Source: Octopus sinensis (lineage: Eukaryota). Taken from it: a DNA stretch of 64,000 nt. This document shows, in pieces, positions 49,642-61,745 of the stretch; within the stretch, counting starts at the first letter, position 1; each line of letters begins with the position of its first letter. The notes below the pieces were generated by a model. That model searched no databases. It was not told where the DNA came from and saw nothing but the letters and a program-made list of their open reading frames with translations. The position numbers were made by a program, and so were the translations under genes. The stretch covers positions 100,750,001 through 100,814,000 of the forward strand of contig NC_043003.1 of assembly GCF_006345805.1 (NCBI RefSeq). The letters are read 5' to 3'.

Positions 49642-50903
49642 AGGAGGAGGAAGAAGAAGAAGAGGACGATGAAGAAGATGAAGAAATGGAATGTGAAGAT
49701 GCTGATGAGAGTGATTAGTTGTTTGAAGTATTGTACAAGTGTGTGTATGTATGTATATATGTATGTGAGAGAGAGAGAGAGTACAGGTATGTAAATATAT
49801 TTCTCTAAGAAGGTGTGTGTTTGTATATAACTGCTCCTCTGAGTGTGATCTTTTAGACTTTATTGAATGTTTTCTCAGAACCTCTCTTCTCATTGTTTAA
49901 CTTCATCATCACATCATTGTAATTAAATCATTTTTATTATTTTCTTCATCAGTTTTTTTTTTTTAGGACAAAATAATTGGTGCATAATTTAAGAAGAATG
50001 CCAATTTGTTACCTCTGAATATATGGTATGCTGTTAAATGGGAAAATAGCTAAGAAAATGAAAAGCCCTGTTTTTCTCTTTTAGAACTAAATGAATCACT
50101 TATAGTAGTTTAATTGGTGATACTTCTACTTAGGGTGCACTCTGCAAGCCTTTCTTCGTTCAACTTTTGAAGATGTGCCAGTTCATGCATTACTTGCACT
50201 AGGCTGTCTTTCTGTCCAATGAAAGACTTCTCATTTACTTAATTCACTGCCAAAATCCAGAAGTTGAGCTCTGTCAGTGTGGGCTCTTTGTAGAGACATC
50301 ATTTTCAGTGTCCCTGTATACATACACAAGCATTCCCACAAATATTTGTATACATCCATGTATTTTTATAGTTAACTTGTTAAGAAGCAAGTTCGATCCT
50401 TTATTCACAATTTCTTGTTGATGTAACAACATTAAACGTACAACATGAATAGGTCTTTGTATTTGATCTCAGTTAATTGTTCTATTTATTTCTTCTTTAA
50501 TTTGTTTTCCTTTAATTTATCCAACAGCAAGTCATATTGGAACCAAGAACTGGTGGATCTATTGAATTCAGCTCTTCATCATTTTTACTGGTTCCAACAT
50601 GTGTGTGCGTGTAATTATTTCTGTTCCAGTTCTTTTTCAGGCAGTTTTCGTTGTTGTAAACAACAAATTGGCAGCTGATATCACACCAACTGGCTTCTTA
50701 GTCATGCAGTTACTGTGAAGTTTCAAACACCACTTTTAGAAAGTATTTTTTGTACAACTATGAGTGAATTTTATTTTCTCTCTGAATGGACAAACTGCTG
50801 CATCTGGAGATATGATAAGGCCACATATCAATCGGATATTGTTTTGCATAACAAAGCCATGCCTGATAAGGCTATGATACTACACTTGATTGGTTAAAAC
50901 ATA

Positions 50904-50946
<43 letters not shown>

Positions 50947-51183
50947 TAAAAAGTAAATAAATAAAAATTGAGATTTTATTTTTAGACTTCATTTCATACT
51001 TAGTTTAAAATGTATGTGTGTGTATAAATGAGTATATCTCTACTGTGATTTTACACAGGTGTCTGAATTACTAGTAGTGATCCACAATGGTAAGAGTAAA
51101 GCCTAAATAGGAATAAAGAATGGAGGTAGATGTAGTTCTCTACTTGCTGTCTATTCATATATCTGTATGATAGCATTGCATGG

Positions 51184-51282
51184 ATTTAATTATTGAGACA
51201 CCTGTTCATGTCAACTCTGTGGTGTGTGTATATATAAATACACACACACAGTTGACATGAACAGGTGCCTCGGTAATTAAAT
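51184..51282. repeat. ~100-bp hairpin (~45-bp arms) abutting the Tc1 left TIR
   Basis: atttaattattgagacacctgttcatgtcaactctgtggtgtg versus rc atttaattaccgaggcacctgttcatgtcaactgtgtgtgtg. Confidence 0.8.
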
Positions 51283-51285
51283 ATA

Positions 51286-53544
51286 CAGAGGTTGAACAAA
51301 ATAATGGAAGCACCGTAAAATTTCAAACAAATTTATTTTAATATGGGGTAGGACCGCCTTTTGCAGTAATTACAGCTTTAATTCTGCGAGATATGAACTC
51401 ATACAAAATTTGAATTGTTTCCAAAGGAATTTTTGTCCATTCTTCAACTAAAACAGTCTCCAGTTCTTGTGATAATGGTAGAGGATATTGACTTCTTGCT
51501 TGTTTTTCTAAAATGCACCATAAATCTTGGGACTGTGGTAGCCAGATGTTCAACTTCACTAGAATGTTTCTCATGCCATTCAGTAACAACTTTAGCTGTG
51601 TGAATTGGTGCATTTTCATCCTGAAAGATTACGTTTCCCTCCGGAAACAGTTCCACAGCCATAGGATGAATTTGATCAAATAAAATGCTTAAATAGTCTT
51701 GGCTATTAATTCTGCCATGAAGGGAAACCATTGGGTCGGCAGATTTCCAAGATATAGACACCTTCCAAATCATCACAGATTCTCCATGTTCAACAAGTGG
51801 AAGAAGGCAGTCTGGGTCAAATGCTTCTTTTGGCTGTCTCCACACATATACTCAGCCAGTGGTCGGAAATAAGGTAAAAGATGACTCGTCCGAAAAAATA
51901 ACATTCTTCCACTGCTCTAGGGATCAATTCTGTAGGTTTTTATTCCACTGTAAATGCTTTGCAACGTTTTTGAAACGAGCGGTTTTTTGATTGCAGCCCT
52001 CCCGTAAAATCTGGCTTTGTGCAACTCCTGGTGCATAGTTTTTGGGAGCTGTACTTTTGTGATCCTTTCTAGCAATTTGTGTAAGAGTCCGACAGTCACT
52101 ATCTGAAAGTTTTGGTTTTCTTCCAGAGTTTCGTTTCGAAGAGGAGGTTTTTCCCTCTTTCTCAAAGGCTGCTGTTACTTTTGAGTCAGTACTTCTTGAT
52201 ACACCAAATATTTCGGCTGTTTACATTACACTAGTGTCTGCCGTACGAGCACCAATGACTTGACCTCTTTGAAAGTCCATAGATCTGTCATTTTAATTAT
52301 CTTTTTCTGATGGTATCTGAAAAGAAACAGCAATTTTAGCAAGACATATTTCGATACCAAACTGCCCAAAGCCGCCCGAAAAAATTTTGGTTAATGTGAC
52401 CAAACCGCCCAAACCCGCCCGAATTTACCTATTCATATTTAAATGAGAATATCAGAGCAAATCTCTTTAGTACATTCGTGAAAACATGTATTATATTTCG
52501 TAAACAGTTCAACTACAGTTTTGTACAACAATCGAAGTGTAATTTTAATTCCATGAATTTTGGGAGATTTTTTTCTGAAATTTGTTCCTATTGTGTTTTC
52601 AAAATTTGTTATTCTGACAAAAAGTGGATACGAATTTCATTATATCAAGCAGCGAGTCAGAATTCGAAGGATTTTCTACTGAAGACCTTCATAAATCTAA
52701 CTCTATGACTGAAAAAAAAAAGCATGTGGTATTTGATAATGAATCTGATGTTTCATTTTCCGAAAGTGAAAACAGTGAATCCGAGATCTCCGACAGCGAT
52801 AAAGAAAATGAATTGGCACCTGAATGGAGTGAAAATTTAAAAACTGTTTCTTTCGGTGATTTTTCTGAAGAAACTGGACCAAGCCACAGACTTTCCCAGA
52901 AGAGTAAAGCCTTAGACTATTTCTTTTCACTTTTTCAAATGAGCCCATTTGAAATCATTACGGCGGAAACGAACCGTTATGCTAAACGTAAACAAAGCGA
53001 AAGAAAGGATAGTTAGTGGTTTCCCACAACCTTAAATGAAATTAAGACTATTTTGCCATAAATATTATTATGGGTATCAGAAAGTTACCCAGAATAACAA
53101 ATTCTATCGTAAAATTTTGTTGTATACCCAATTGAATATTAGCTAATAACCCATTTTCTATAGCGATGTTTGAACAAAATTTTTATAATTTTATATATTG
53201 TTGAATTTACCTGTATCTACCTGCAATTAGAGTCACTTTGTGACAAAAATTATAGTATAGAATTGGTTGAGAACATTTCATTAAATTATCTTCCAAAATT
53301 CACGTTAATATATTGATAAATAAAAAAGTTATTGTTGTTTAATGAAACCAGACTAAATTTATGATTACGTTAGAAATTAATTGAAACACATAAGGGGTGT
53401 ATTTTGGTCAGAAATATAGTAACAAAAGGGTTAAGCAACACTAATAATAAATCAAAAAACATAAAAATAAATAAGCTTTTGACGGTTTTATAGATATTTC
53501 AAAATTATGATGCTAGGTGTTTCCATTATTTTGTCCAACTCCTG
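51286..53544 (-). mobile_element. Tc1-like (DD34E) transposon, decayed, with nested piggyBac
   Basis: TA TSDs; 29-bp TIRs cagaggttgaacaaaataatggaagcacc / rc caggagttggacaaaataatggaaacacc; FQRGQVIGAR, IFQDENAPIHT and WLPQSQDL motifs. Confidence 0.92.
52350..53430 (+). mobile_element. piggyBac derivative (third copy) inserted in the Tc1 5' UTR
   Basis: Right end GTAACAAAAGGG + TTAA (53431-34); left TIR degenerate (tttcgatacc); acidic N-terminus ORF 52624-53016. Confidence 0.9.
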
Positions 53545-53615
53545 TATGTATGTATATATATAAAGAGATGTATGAAATGGCTACAAGTGTGTATTGAATA
53601 CTTTAATGCTTGTGT

Positions 53616-53661
<46 letters not shown>

Positions 53662-54438
53662 CACACACACACAAATGTACAAGTTTTTCATTTGGAGTAT
53701 AAGAGTATAATATCTTCTGTACTGAGTCTTATGTTATTTTTTCTGTAAATGTTAATAATTACGGAGAAGATAATTTATTTCTTTTTTCTTATTCTGTATT
53801 TGGATCTTAATTACAAATATTAGTTTTAGGTGGAATTTCTTGCTGTGTTTAGGTTCATTTCATTTTTCCTGAGTTGATGAAAATGCCCTTATTTGGAGTG
53901 AAATCACTTTTGTATCAGTATTTAGTAGTTCACATAAAGATAAAAACTGGTTGTGCTGATTTAATGTTAACAACTAGCTTGATGTAGTAAAACAAACAAC
54001 ATATTCATGTTGTCTGTATCAACATGAAACCATTCAGAGAAACATAAAGGTGGATGTGGCAGATGTTGTGTCACGAGAAGGACATCTAGTAATATAAATA
54101 TTTTCTTTAGTAAAATCCCATGAGTATCAGGTCAAAAACATTGTTCATTTTTGATAATCATGATATACTACTGAATTTATTTATTTCAGGGTTATATAAT
54201 TGTCCATTTTATTTGCCCAGATTCTTAATTTATGAAGCCACAGTTAGTATTAGTGGATTAAATATTTTCCTGTATTTATGCTGTGAATTCAAATTCCATC
54301 CAAACCTTTTCATTTTTCTGATATAATACTGAAGCCAGTATAATTGATTATACCTGAAAGGGTGGCTGCAATCCACTGTCAAAGAGTAAACCCTCTCTCT
54401 GTCTTTCGTGTGTGTGTGTGTATGTATATGTATATATA

Positions 54439-55589
54439 TTGGGTCATTCTATAATCTAAAAATATACTCTCCTTTATTTTCTACAATGCTCTTTCATCTG
54501 TCTGTTAGACTTGCAAGGCTTTCTTCCAAAATTTACTTGTTTGTGATGAAAAATACTCCTCCAGTACTGTTCTGACCTTGTCTACAGAATTCATAGTTTT
54601 TCCATCCAAATGATTTTAAAGAATGCAGAATAAATGATAATCAGATGGGGCAATGTCCAGCAAATATGGTGGGTGGGGCATCGTTTCCCATTCAAACTGC
54701 TCCAGCCTTGGAATGTCATCCTTGCTGTATGTGGCCGAGCATTATCCTGATGGAAGAACACCTTTTATTTTGAAAGCAAAGATGGTTGTTTATCTTCTTT
54801 GTGAGGTTTTGGTTTAAAAGTTCAAAGTGGACTAAACCTTTCATATCCCACCAAACATAACAACACCTGACGTGGGTGAAAACCTTTAGCCTGGGGTGCT
54901 GGTGTTTCTCCTTTCCCTAACGACTACCTTCGGCACTTGACATTTTTAGAGAGAACCCATTTCTTATCACCAGTCACTATTCAGTCCAAAAAAAGGTTCA
55001 TTTGTGAGACGTGACAGCAAAGAACAGCACACATTCACTTGCTGTGCACAATTAGACTCAGAAAGTTTATTAGGAACCCATTGACCCAATTTACTGACTT
55101 TTCTGATTGCACATAGGTGTCGCTGAATGACCAAATCCAAGCTTCTCTGCTAGTTCCTCAAGTCACGATGGGATTTTGTTCCACCAGGGATTGCAGAACA
55201 TCTTCGTCAAGCTCTATAGATCTTCCAGGATGTGGCTCGTCTTCTAGGCTGTGGTTTCCGGCTCAGAGTTGCTAGAACTGTAGTTGACACTGACTTACGC
55301 TTACTGTCCAATCCCCATGTACTGTATTGATATTCCTCACACTTTCTATTGTGTTGTTGCCTTTATTGAACTCATAAAGAAAAATATGCCGAATATGCTC
55401 CTTTGTCACTTCCATTATAGCTTTGAAAAAATAACTGTTAAAATCGAACGGCACTCTTCAAAACTTGCACTACAAATAAGTACAAGTTAAAATTACTACC
55501 AGCTTTTATAGCAAGTTGACGCAGGTCCTGTCTCCATCCAACTTTTCATACAATTGAAAAAGAAACACTTTATTTATGGGATGATCCAA
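54439..55589 (-). mobile_element. Mariner, decayed
   Basis: TA-flanked ends ttgggtcat... / ...atgatccaa; MEVTKEHIRHIFLYEFNKG HTH; QDNARPH and APSDYHLF motifs. Confidence 0.85.
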
Positions 55590-55619
55590 TAATGTGTGTA
55601 TATATATATATATATATTT

Positions 55620-55979
55620 ATACTCTTTTACTTGTTTCAGTCATTTCACTGTGGCTATGCTGGAGCACCACCTTTAGTCGAGCAAATTGACCCCAGGACT
55701 TATTCTTTGTAAGCCTAGTACTTCTATCGATCTCTTTGCCAAACGGGGACATAAACACACCAGCATCGGTTTGTCAAGCGATGTTGGGAGGACAAACACA
55801 GACACAGAAAGACACACACACATATATACATACATATATACGACGGGCTTCTTTCAGTTTCGGTCTTCCAAATCCACTCGGCCCGAGGCTATAGTAGAAG
55901 ACACTTGCCCAAGGTGGGACTGAACCCGGAACCATGTGGTTGGTAAGCAGGCTACTTACCACACAGTCACTCCTGCGCC

Positions 55980-55980
<1 letters not shown>
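55620..55980 (-). mobile_element. SINE (same family as 29613)
   Basis: Consensus match, relatively CpG-intact. Confidence 0.85.
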
Positions 55981-56015
<35 letters not shown>

Positions 56016-58061
56016 CTAGCTGAGTTACCTGGCATTGCTCGTGTTCCATGCAATTGAAGAATTAGACTTTTCTGTTACATTTACTGGAATACCTGTTTCG
56101 AATTTCATCATCATTGCAGATGAGGGTTATTTCCCTCTTTACACACCCTAAAAAAATTATAATCGTGCCACATGTATCCCATACTACTGATTTTTATGCA
56201 CATATTCCAAAATTCCAGTCTTATAGAACTTGTTAAAAGGATTTTGCTCCTGAAAAATGGAGGTCATGGAGCTCTAAAATATGAGAATTAAGGCCTCTAT
56301 TAAGGGTGGGCATCTTAATGTCAACCAGAGAAGTTGAATTGTTGAGAATCTTTTTAACTTGGGTTTTATATCTATTGTTTGAATTTCCTTGAAATAGGAA
56401 ATATATGTTCACTGGGTTTGTAAAAGAGAGCAAAGCTACATGAAACCAGAAGACGAATGATCACAATAAGCAGTCAGCTACAGTACCCTTGTCGTTACCA
56501 CTCCCAATGTAGTATTCCTCACCATGTAAGATGCATTACGAATCTATAGCAATTGGAAGGGTGTGACCCAACTGAAATAAACATTAACAACTGTGTGACG
56601 TGAGGGCTAAGGAGAAGTGAAAGTTGGAGTTTGCAAATGACCACTATACTGATATAGAATAAATTTACAATCTATAAATGTCTGAATAACCAGTCACTCA
56701 TCTGGGAAGGCCTTGAGATCAATGTTACCATCTGGGGACTATGTATGACCCAGTGATAATAAAAAGACTGAAAAGGAGGTCTGCAATCAAATAACTTTAC
56801 CCAACATTTTGCAACTGAATCAGTGGAAGGAAAGATGCCTCATTTACTTGACAATTTATGTACCACATTGCAGAAATCACAATGTAAGTGTATGTCAAAG
56901 CAAACTCTTACACTGTCGTACCATTTAATTACAAATAATGCTCACCTTTTATGCTCGGGTAACTTTACAGCTTCCAAGAGTACAACTGTATTCGTCTTTG
57001 CTTAGATAAAATGACAAAATTGTGGGTGTTAATTCCCCATGAAGGGGTCTTTCTAACTTGTAAGAAGATGAAATTTTATAAATATTACTTCATTTGTATC
57101 TAATATCTATGGTTAAAATTTCATCAACTGCAAAAATATATGAATTGTCATATATTTCATTTATGAGGATGTACTCTTGTATTTGTCTAAGTGCTATTTT
57201 TTTTTTATATTGATAAGCCTGGTACTTATTCTATTTCTTCTTGTGAAACCAGTAAGTTATGGGGATGTAAATAAATAAACAGCAGTTGTGAAGCAGTGAT
57301 GAGGGCAAAACACAGAAACAGTCACACACATACACTTACATATATATACAATTGATTTTAAGTTTCTGTCTACGAAATCCATATATATATATGAGATAAT
57401 GGTGTCATTGAGACCCAAAGGTGTCAGATAATGCTGAATAAGTGCTATAGACAGACCATAGTTAAGTTCCAGATTCGGTAATATTGCGAATAAAGGGTTC
57501 AACATTGGTTTTCTATGTCAGCGTGTGTATATAAGAATTTTTTGCATAATAAGATAAAAACCAAAGCTGTATAGATATTAGAGCATTTATAGAAAGGTCT
57601 TGCAGCTGTTTCTAGGATATTAATAATATCCCTTCATTGGAGACAGTGTGAGAGGAAGATTAAGTCATAGTTAGTTTAGATGTGATTCAAAATAGAGAGT
57701 GAGGTGGAGGAAAGAAAATGTGTGTAAGATATGTATGGGTATTGAAGTTGTAAATCCGTTTTATAGGCATAATGGTATATATGCAATATTCCAATATCCT
57801 TTGAGTAAAATCCAAAAGTTCAACATAGTTTAATACGAGTCCTTCCAAATATAGAGTTTATAAGCAATGTAAGATTCCCTTATGAGTGAGATCCAGCAAA
57901 TTTTTAAACTTGCACATTCCCAGCAGGGAATGTGTTTTTATTAGCTAAACTGGGCAACATGACAATCCCTAATGACAACAATATCTGTTTCAACACACGA
58001 TTTCACATTAAGAATCTTGCAAAACTTATATATCTATATATATATATATATATATACATAT

Positions 58062-58120
<59 letters not shown>

Positions 58121-58123
58121 CAT

Positions 58124-58164
<41 letters not shown>

Positions 58165-59545
58165 TATAGTTAAATTGCTCGGAGTCTGGTTCGGTCCAGA
58201 CCTCCAAATGGACAAGAACTGGGATGAAATAATGGCTAGGGTGGTCACTCTCACCCAGGAAGCTATTCCTAAGAGGTTGGGGGGAGGTGGCGAACACGTA
58301 CATCGCATCTGTCATCGATTACCGCCTGATCGTCGTGCCTTGTCCCAACCCTACCATCACCAAACTGGGACGCGTACACTTCCGCTTCTTGTGGAAGGGA
58401 AGCATTCCAGTGGTTAGGAGATCTATTTGCTGTCAACACCCGGTAAATGGAGGGCTAGGCATGCTGTGGTTGATGATGCGCAGACACGTGCTGAGACTGC
58501 GACATCTCTGGCACTTCATAGACAATGGTGTGGCACGCTTTCCAGCAGCTTGTCTCCTTGCCCGAACTGCAGTCATGGATCAAACAGAAACCAAGGCTAG
58601 GTGAATGGCACCAGGAGTGTCATGTTGCTCTCAAGCATTTCTGCTGTCCGGGACCAAACTTGTGCGACTTCCTTCCAACATAGGCATTCTGTAGAGGATT
58701 AGTGGAGTGGGGATGCAACGACTTTCTTGGGTAGAATCTGGGAGTCGATGAGGAACACCTGACCCGCCTGTTCAAGACAACTTTCGGGCCAGGACCTATG
58801 GACAATCACCAAACATCCCTGGCCTGGCAGTGCTATCAAGAAGCATTACCCATTCGGGATAAGCTCTACAGACACAGTTCGAGACACACCGGACCGACTT
58901 GCCTGATATGCGGTCAGAGCACCGAAACCGTTTGCTTGCACTCATGTAGTATCCAACCATTTTGGACCTGTAGGTTTATGCTGAACAACTGCTGTCACAT
59001 GTGGGACGAGTCCACCTGTCAGCAGAGTCTATCGTGAAAATTGCTCTGCCACCTTCCCTCAACTGGGAAGGCAAGGCAGTCTTCATCGTACTGGTGACCA
59101 CGGTGAAAGAATGTGTGTGGTGGACTCAAGCGAAAGGATTAGAGACAAACACTTACCTCTCTGGTCAAACGCTTGTCAACTTTTTCAAGTACCAATTGAA
59201 AAGGCATGGAGAGGCAGGTTTTATCTTGTGAAAATTTCAAAAAAGATTGTCCGTGCGAGTGATGAAACCACTTTGAGCATGATCCTGTAAATCGTAAAAG
59301 AGAGAGAGCACTTTTCTCTCGTGTTTATTCCCTCCCTGCCTGAGGTTACCTTGGTCTTTTCCATAGACTTTTCTTTCCACAGATAAACCTAATCTTACTT
59401 TTTACATTTTTAGAATTCTTCTGTGATACACAATCCCTTTTGATCGAAATTTTACTTTTTTCTCTTATTTTCCCTCTTTTTTTCATTTTCTAAAAGAAAA
59501 GCCCTACATTTTTATTTGTCCCCTCTGTGTGGCCAATAAAGTTAT
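58165..59545 (+). mobile_element. Tx1/L1-clade LINE 3' part (RT thumb, zf-RVT-like CCHC), 5'-truncated
   Basis: [17 protein letters not shown]...GGLGM, LAWQCYQEALPIRDKL...CLICGQSTET..H; AATAAA at ~59535 followed by microsatellite. Confidence 0.85.
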
Positions 59546-60499
59546 CTATCTGTATATATATATATATATTGCGAATTTGTCATAAAAACCATTCCCTGGA
59601 GACAAAGATCTCAAATGTTTTAGATAAGTAAATCACTTACAGAAAGAAAAGATCCAATAGGAGAACAGTAAAGGAGTAGAAAGTTTAAGAAAACCTTGAC
59701 ACCAAGTCTAGTCTTCCATAGCTTTGCAAATGAAATGGCTTAAACACATTGTATAATAGGACCAATATTTGAAGGAAATATCTCTTAACTGTATAACATT
59801 GGCAGGCAAATAAATATTGGATAATTAGTTCAATCTCACTGGTAAACATGCAAAAGTTGTTCTCTGATATTACAAGTGTGTATAAGGAAGGACAATTATT
59901 AATTATATTGATATATCTGATGTAAGATAAGCTTGAATTCAGTAACAGGCTGATAAGCTTAGAAGTAACCACAACAGTACAACATGTTTTGGGTATGCTC
60001 AGCTCCTAAAATACCTAAAAGAAAGCATACATTTTATTCCTTAGAGAAAAAGAACAGATGTTCATCAAAGTTACAGATCTACCTCTGATTTTGTCACCAA
60101 AATCATGATACCAAATTATATTGAAGATAACTATTACATTTTATTTTTGTATCTGGTTTGTAAGATGCTTTATGTAAATTTGTGTGTTGAAACAAATTTT
60201 GTTGAGTCTAGGGTGAGTCATTACACCAATATTAATAACACACATACTGATCCAATTCCACACCTTTATTATTAGTCAATTGGTTAAATATCCAACTAAC
60301 TAATTGATTGTTTGTCACACAATATGAAAATTAGCATACTAACAGCAGCAGATAATGAATAATGTGAACCCATGATCCACATGCAATTTTCTGGATACGA
60401 CCAGAACGATTGGATTTAAATATATAGGAGAGCTAGAAAGAAATGAGATAACACCATATGAAGTGAAGCCAGTGATATCCATGCTAGATATAGAGGTAA

Positions 60500-60700
60500 A
60501 GACTAGAATAGTACAGAGTGTTTCTGACAAAGCAAACAGAGTGAACACTTGGTACAAGACTGATAAATATCAAGGAGTGATGTTTGTGGAGGCACACCTC
60601 ATGGAGAATTATCCATAGGTTTAGGAAGGTTCTGAAGGACACCAAACTCAACATTAAAATTGTTGAGAAACCAGGGAGCTCCATCAGATCTCAATTATGT
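60500..60700 (+). mobile_element. Possible Penelope-like linker remnant
   Basis: TWYKTDKYQGVMFVEA...IKIVEKPGSSI resembles a PLE post-RT segment recalled from invertebrate elements. Confidence 0.35.
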
Positions 60701-60729
60701 AAGATGTACCCCTTCGAAAATACTACATG

Positions 60730-61500
60730 TGTAGTGGATGCGTGGATGTATTAATAAATACATAAGTGCTTTGTAATAAATTAAAGATTTATTATCACTA
60801 CATCAATTTGTAAGCAATGTTACACATCGCTTGTACAAAATGCATATTAAATAGTGGTTGCAAATAATACATATTAAAGGAATGCATAATACAGGATACA
60901 CATTAAAGCAGAATATGTTTGATGGTGCGTGTGTGTAAATCATGCATGACAGAGTCACCTTTCTGAATATTCTTTCGTCGTCCTCATAAATGCGTGACGT
61001 TCTCTTAAACGTTGGTTTGGCTTCTCTCCAGATACCTATTTCTCCGTTCTATTTATAACATCTCAAATAGCCAGAAAAATAGATATACCGCAAGAGTGTT
61101 ATTGCGTACAGTAGGTCGCTGGTCGTCCTGTTAAACTTCGCCTGACCTGCTCGGGTCAGAGGTCGAAGGGAGACGATCCATCATTTTTTGTCAGAAGAAA
61201 GAGATTCTGATTTCGCGCCTTTTTGTGCATTGATTATTATTTTTATTATTTTTTTTTTTTTTTGATTGTGTGCATGTAGAAAAAAATTTTTTTTACACAT
61301 TGAACGATAAAAATATGGATGAAAGGTTTACAATTTGTATGTGCTATATGGTGGGCAATATGTATATGTGCCCAGGCAGAATTATGTTGGCGCGTTGAAA
61401 GAGATGTGCGTCTATTGATTACTCGACCTACTAGAGGTCTAATAGAGACAAGGTATCTTTCAGTGGAGAAAAAAAAAATCGAGTGATAGCACGCATGAGA
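60730..61500 (-). mobile_element. Putative 3' LTR/3' UTR of the Gypsy element
   Basis: On the minus strand: CpG-rich, TATAAATA (~61055), AATAAA (~60790) and a terminal ...CACTACA at 60730. LTR start and PPT not identified. Confidence 0.35.
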
Positions 61501-61745
61501 ACAAGATTTGTAAATGTGTGTGGATATACAGTTAGCAAAAAAATATATTTATGAGAAAGCAAACATTTTGAAAAGAAAACAAAAAATATGTACATGCAAA
61601 AATGAAAGAAATGTTCATCGGCAAAGTTCGATTTTGAAATGTTCCGTAAAAGTTCATACAGACAGTTTTTGTTTTCATTTTTTTTTTCTTTACGTACACA
61701 AATGTTCTTTGATTTCTCTGGGTGGGTGATGCAGTTATGTGTTCA

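Noticed and set aside
49270-49893. 207-aa Phe/Leu-rich membrane-like ORF on the minus strand
   Set aside because: Antisense of the poly-Glu tract.
60955-61050. CpG-rich region with an AAG|GTGACT donor as candidate CDC14 first exon/promoter
   Set aside because: The phase-1 frame required to join DRLYF has an upstream stop and no ATG, and there is no EFIK-like sequence. The region is better explained as the Gypsy 3' end.
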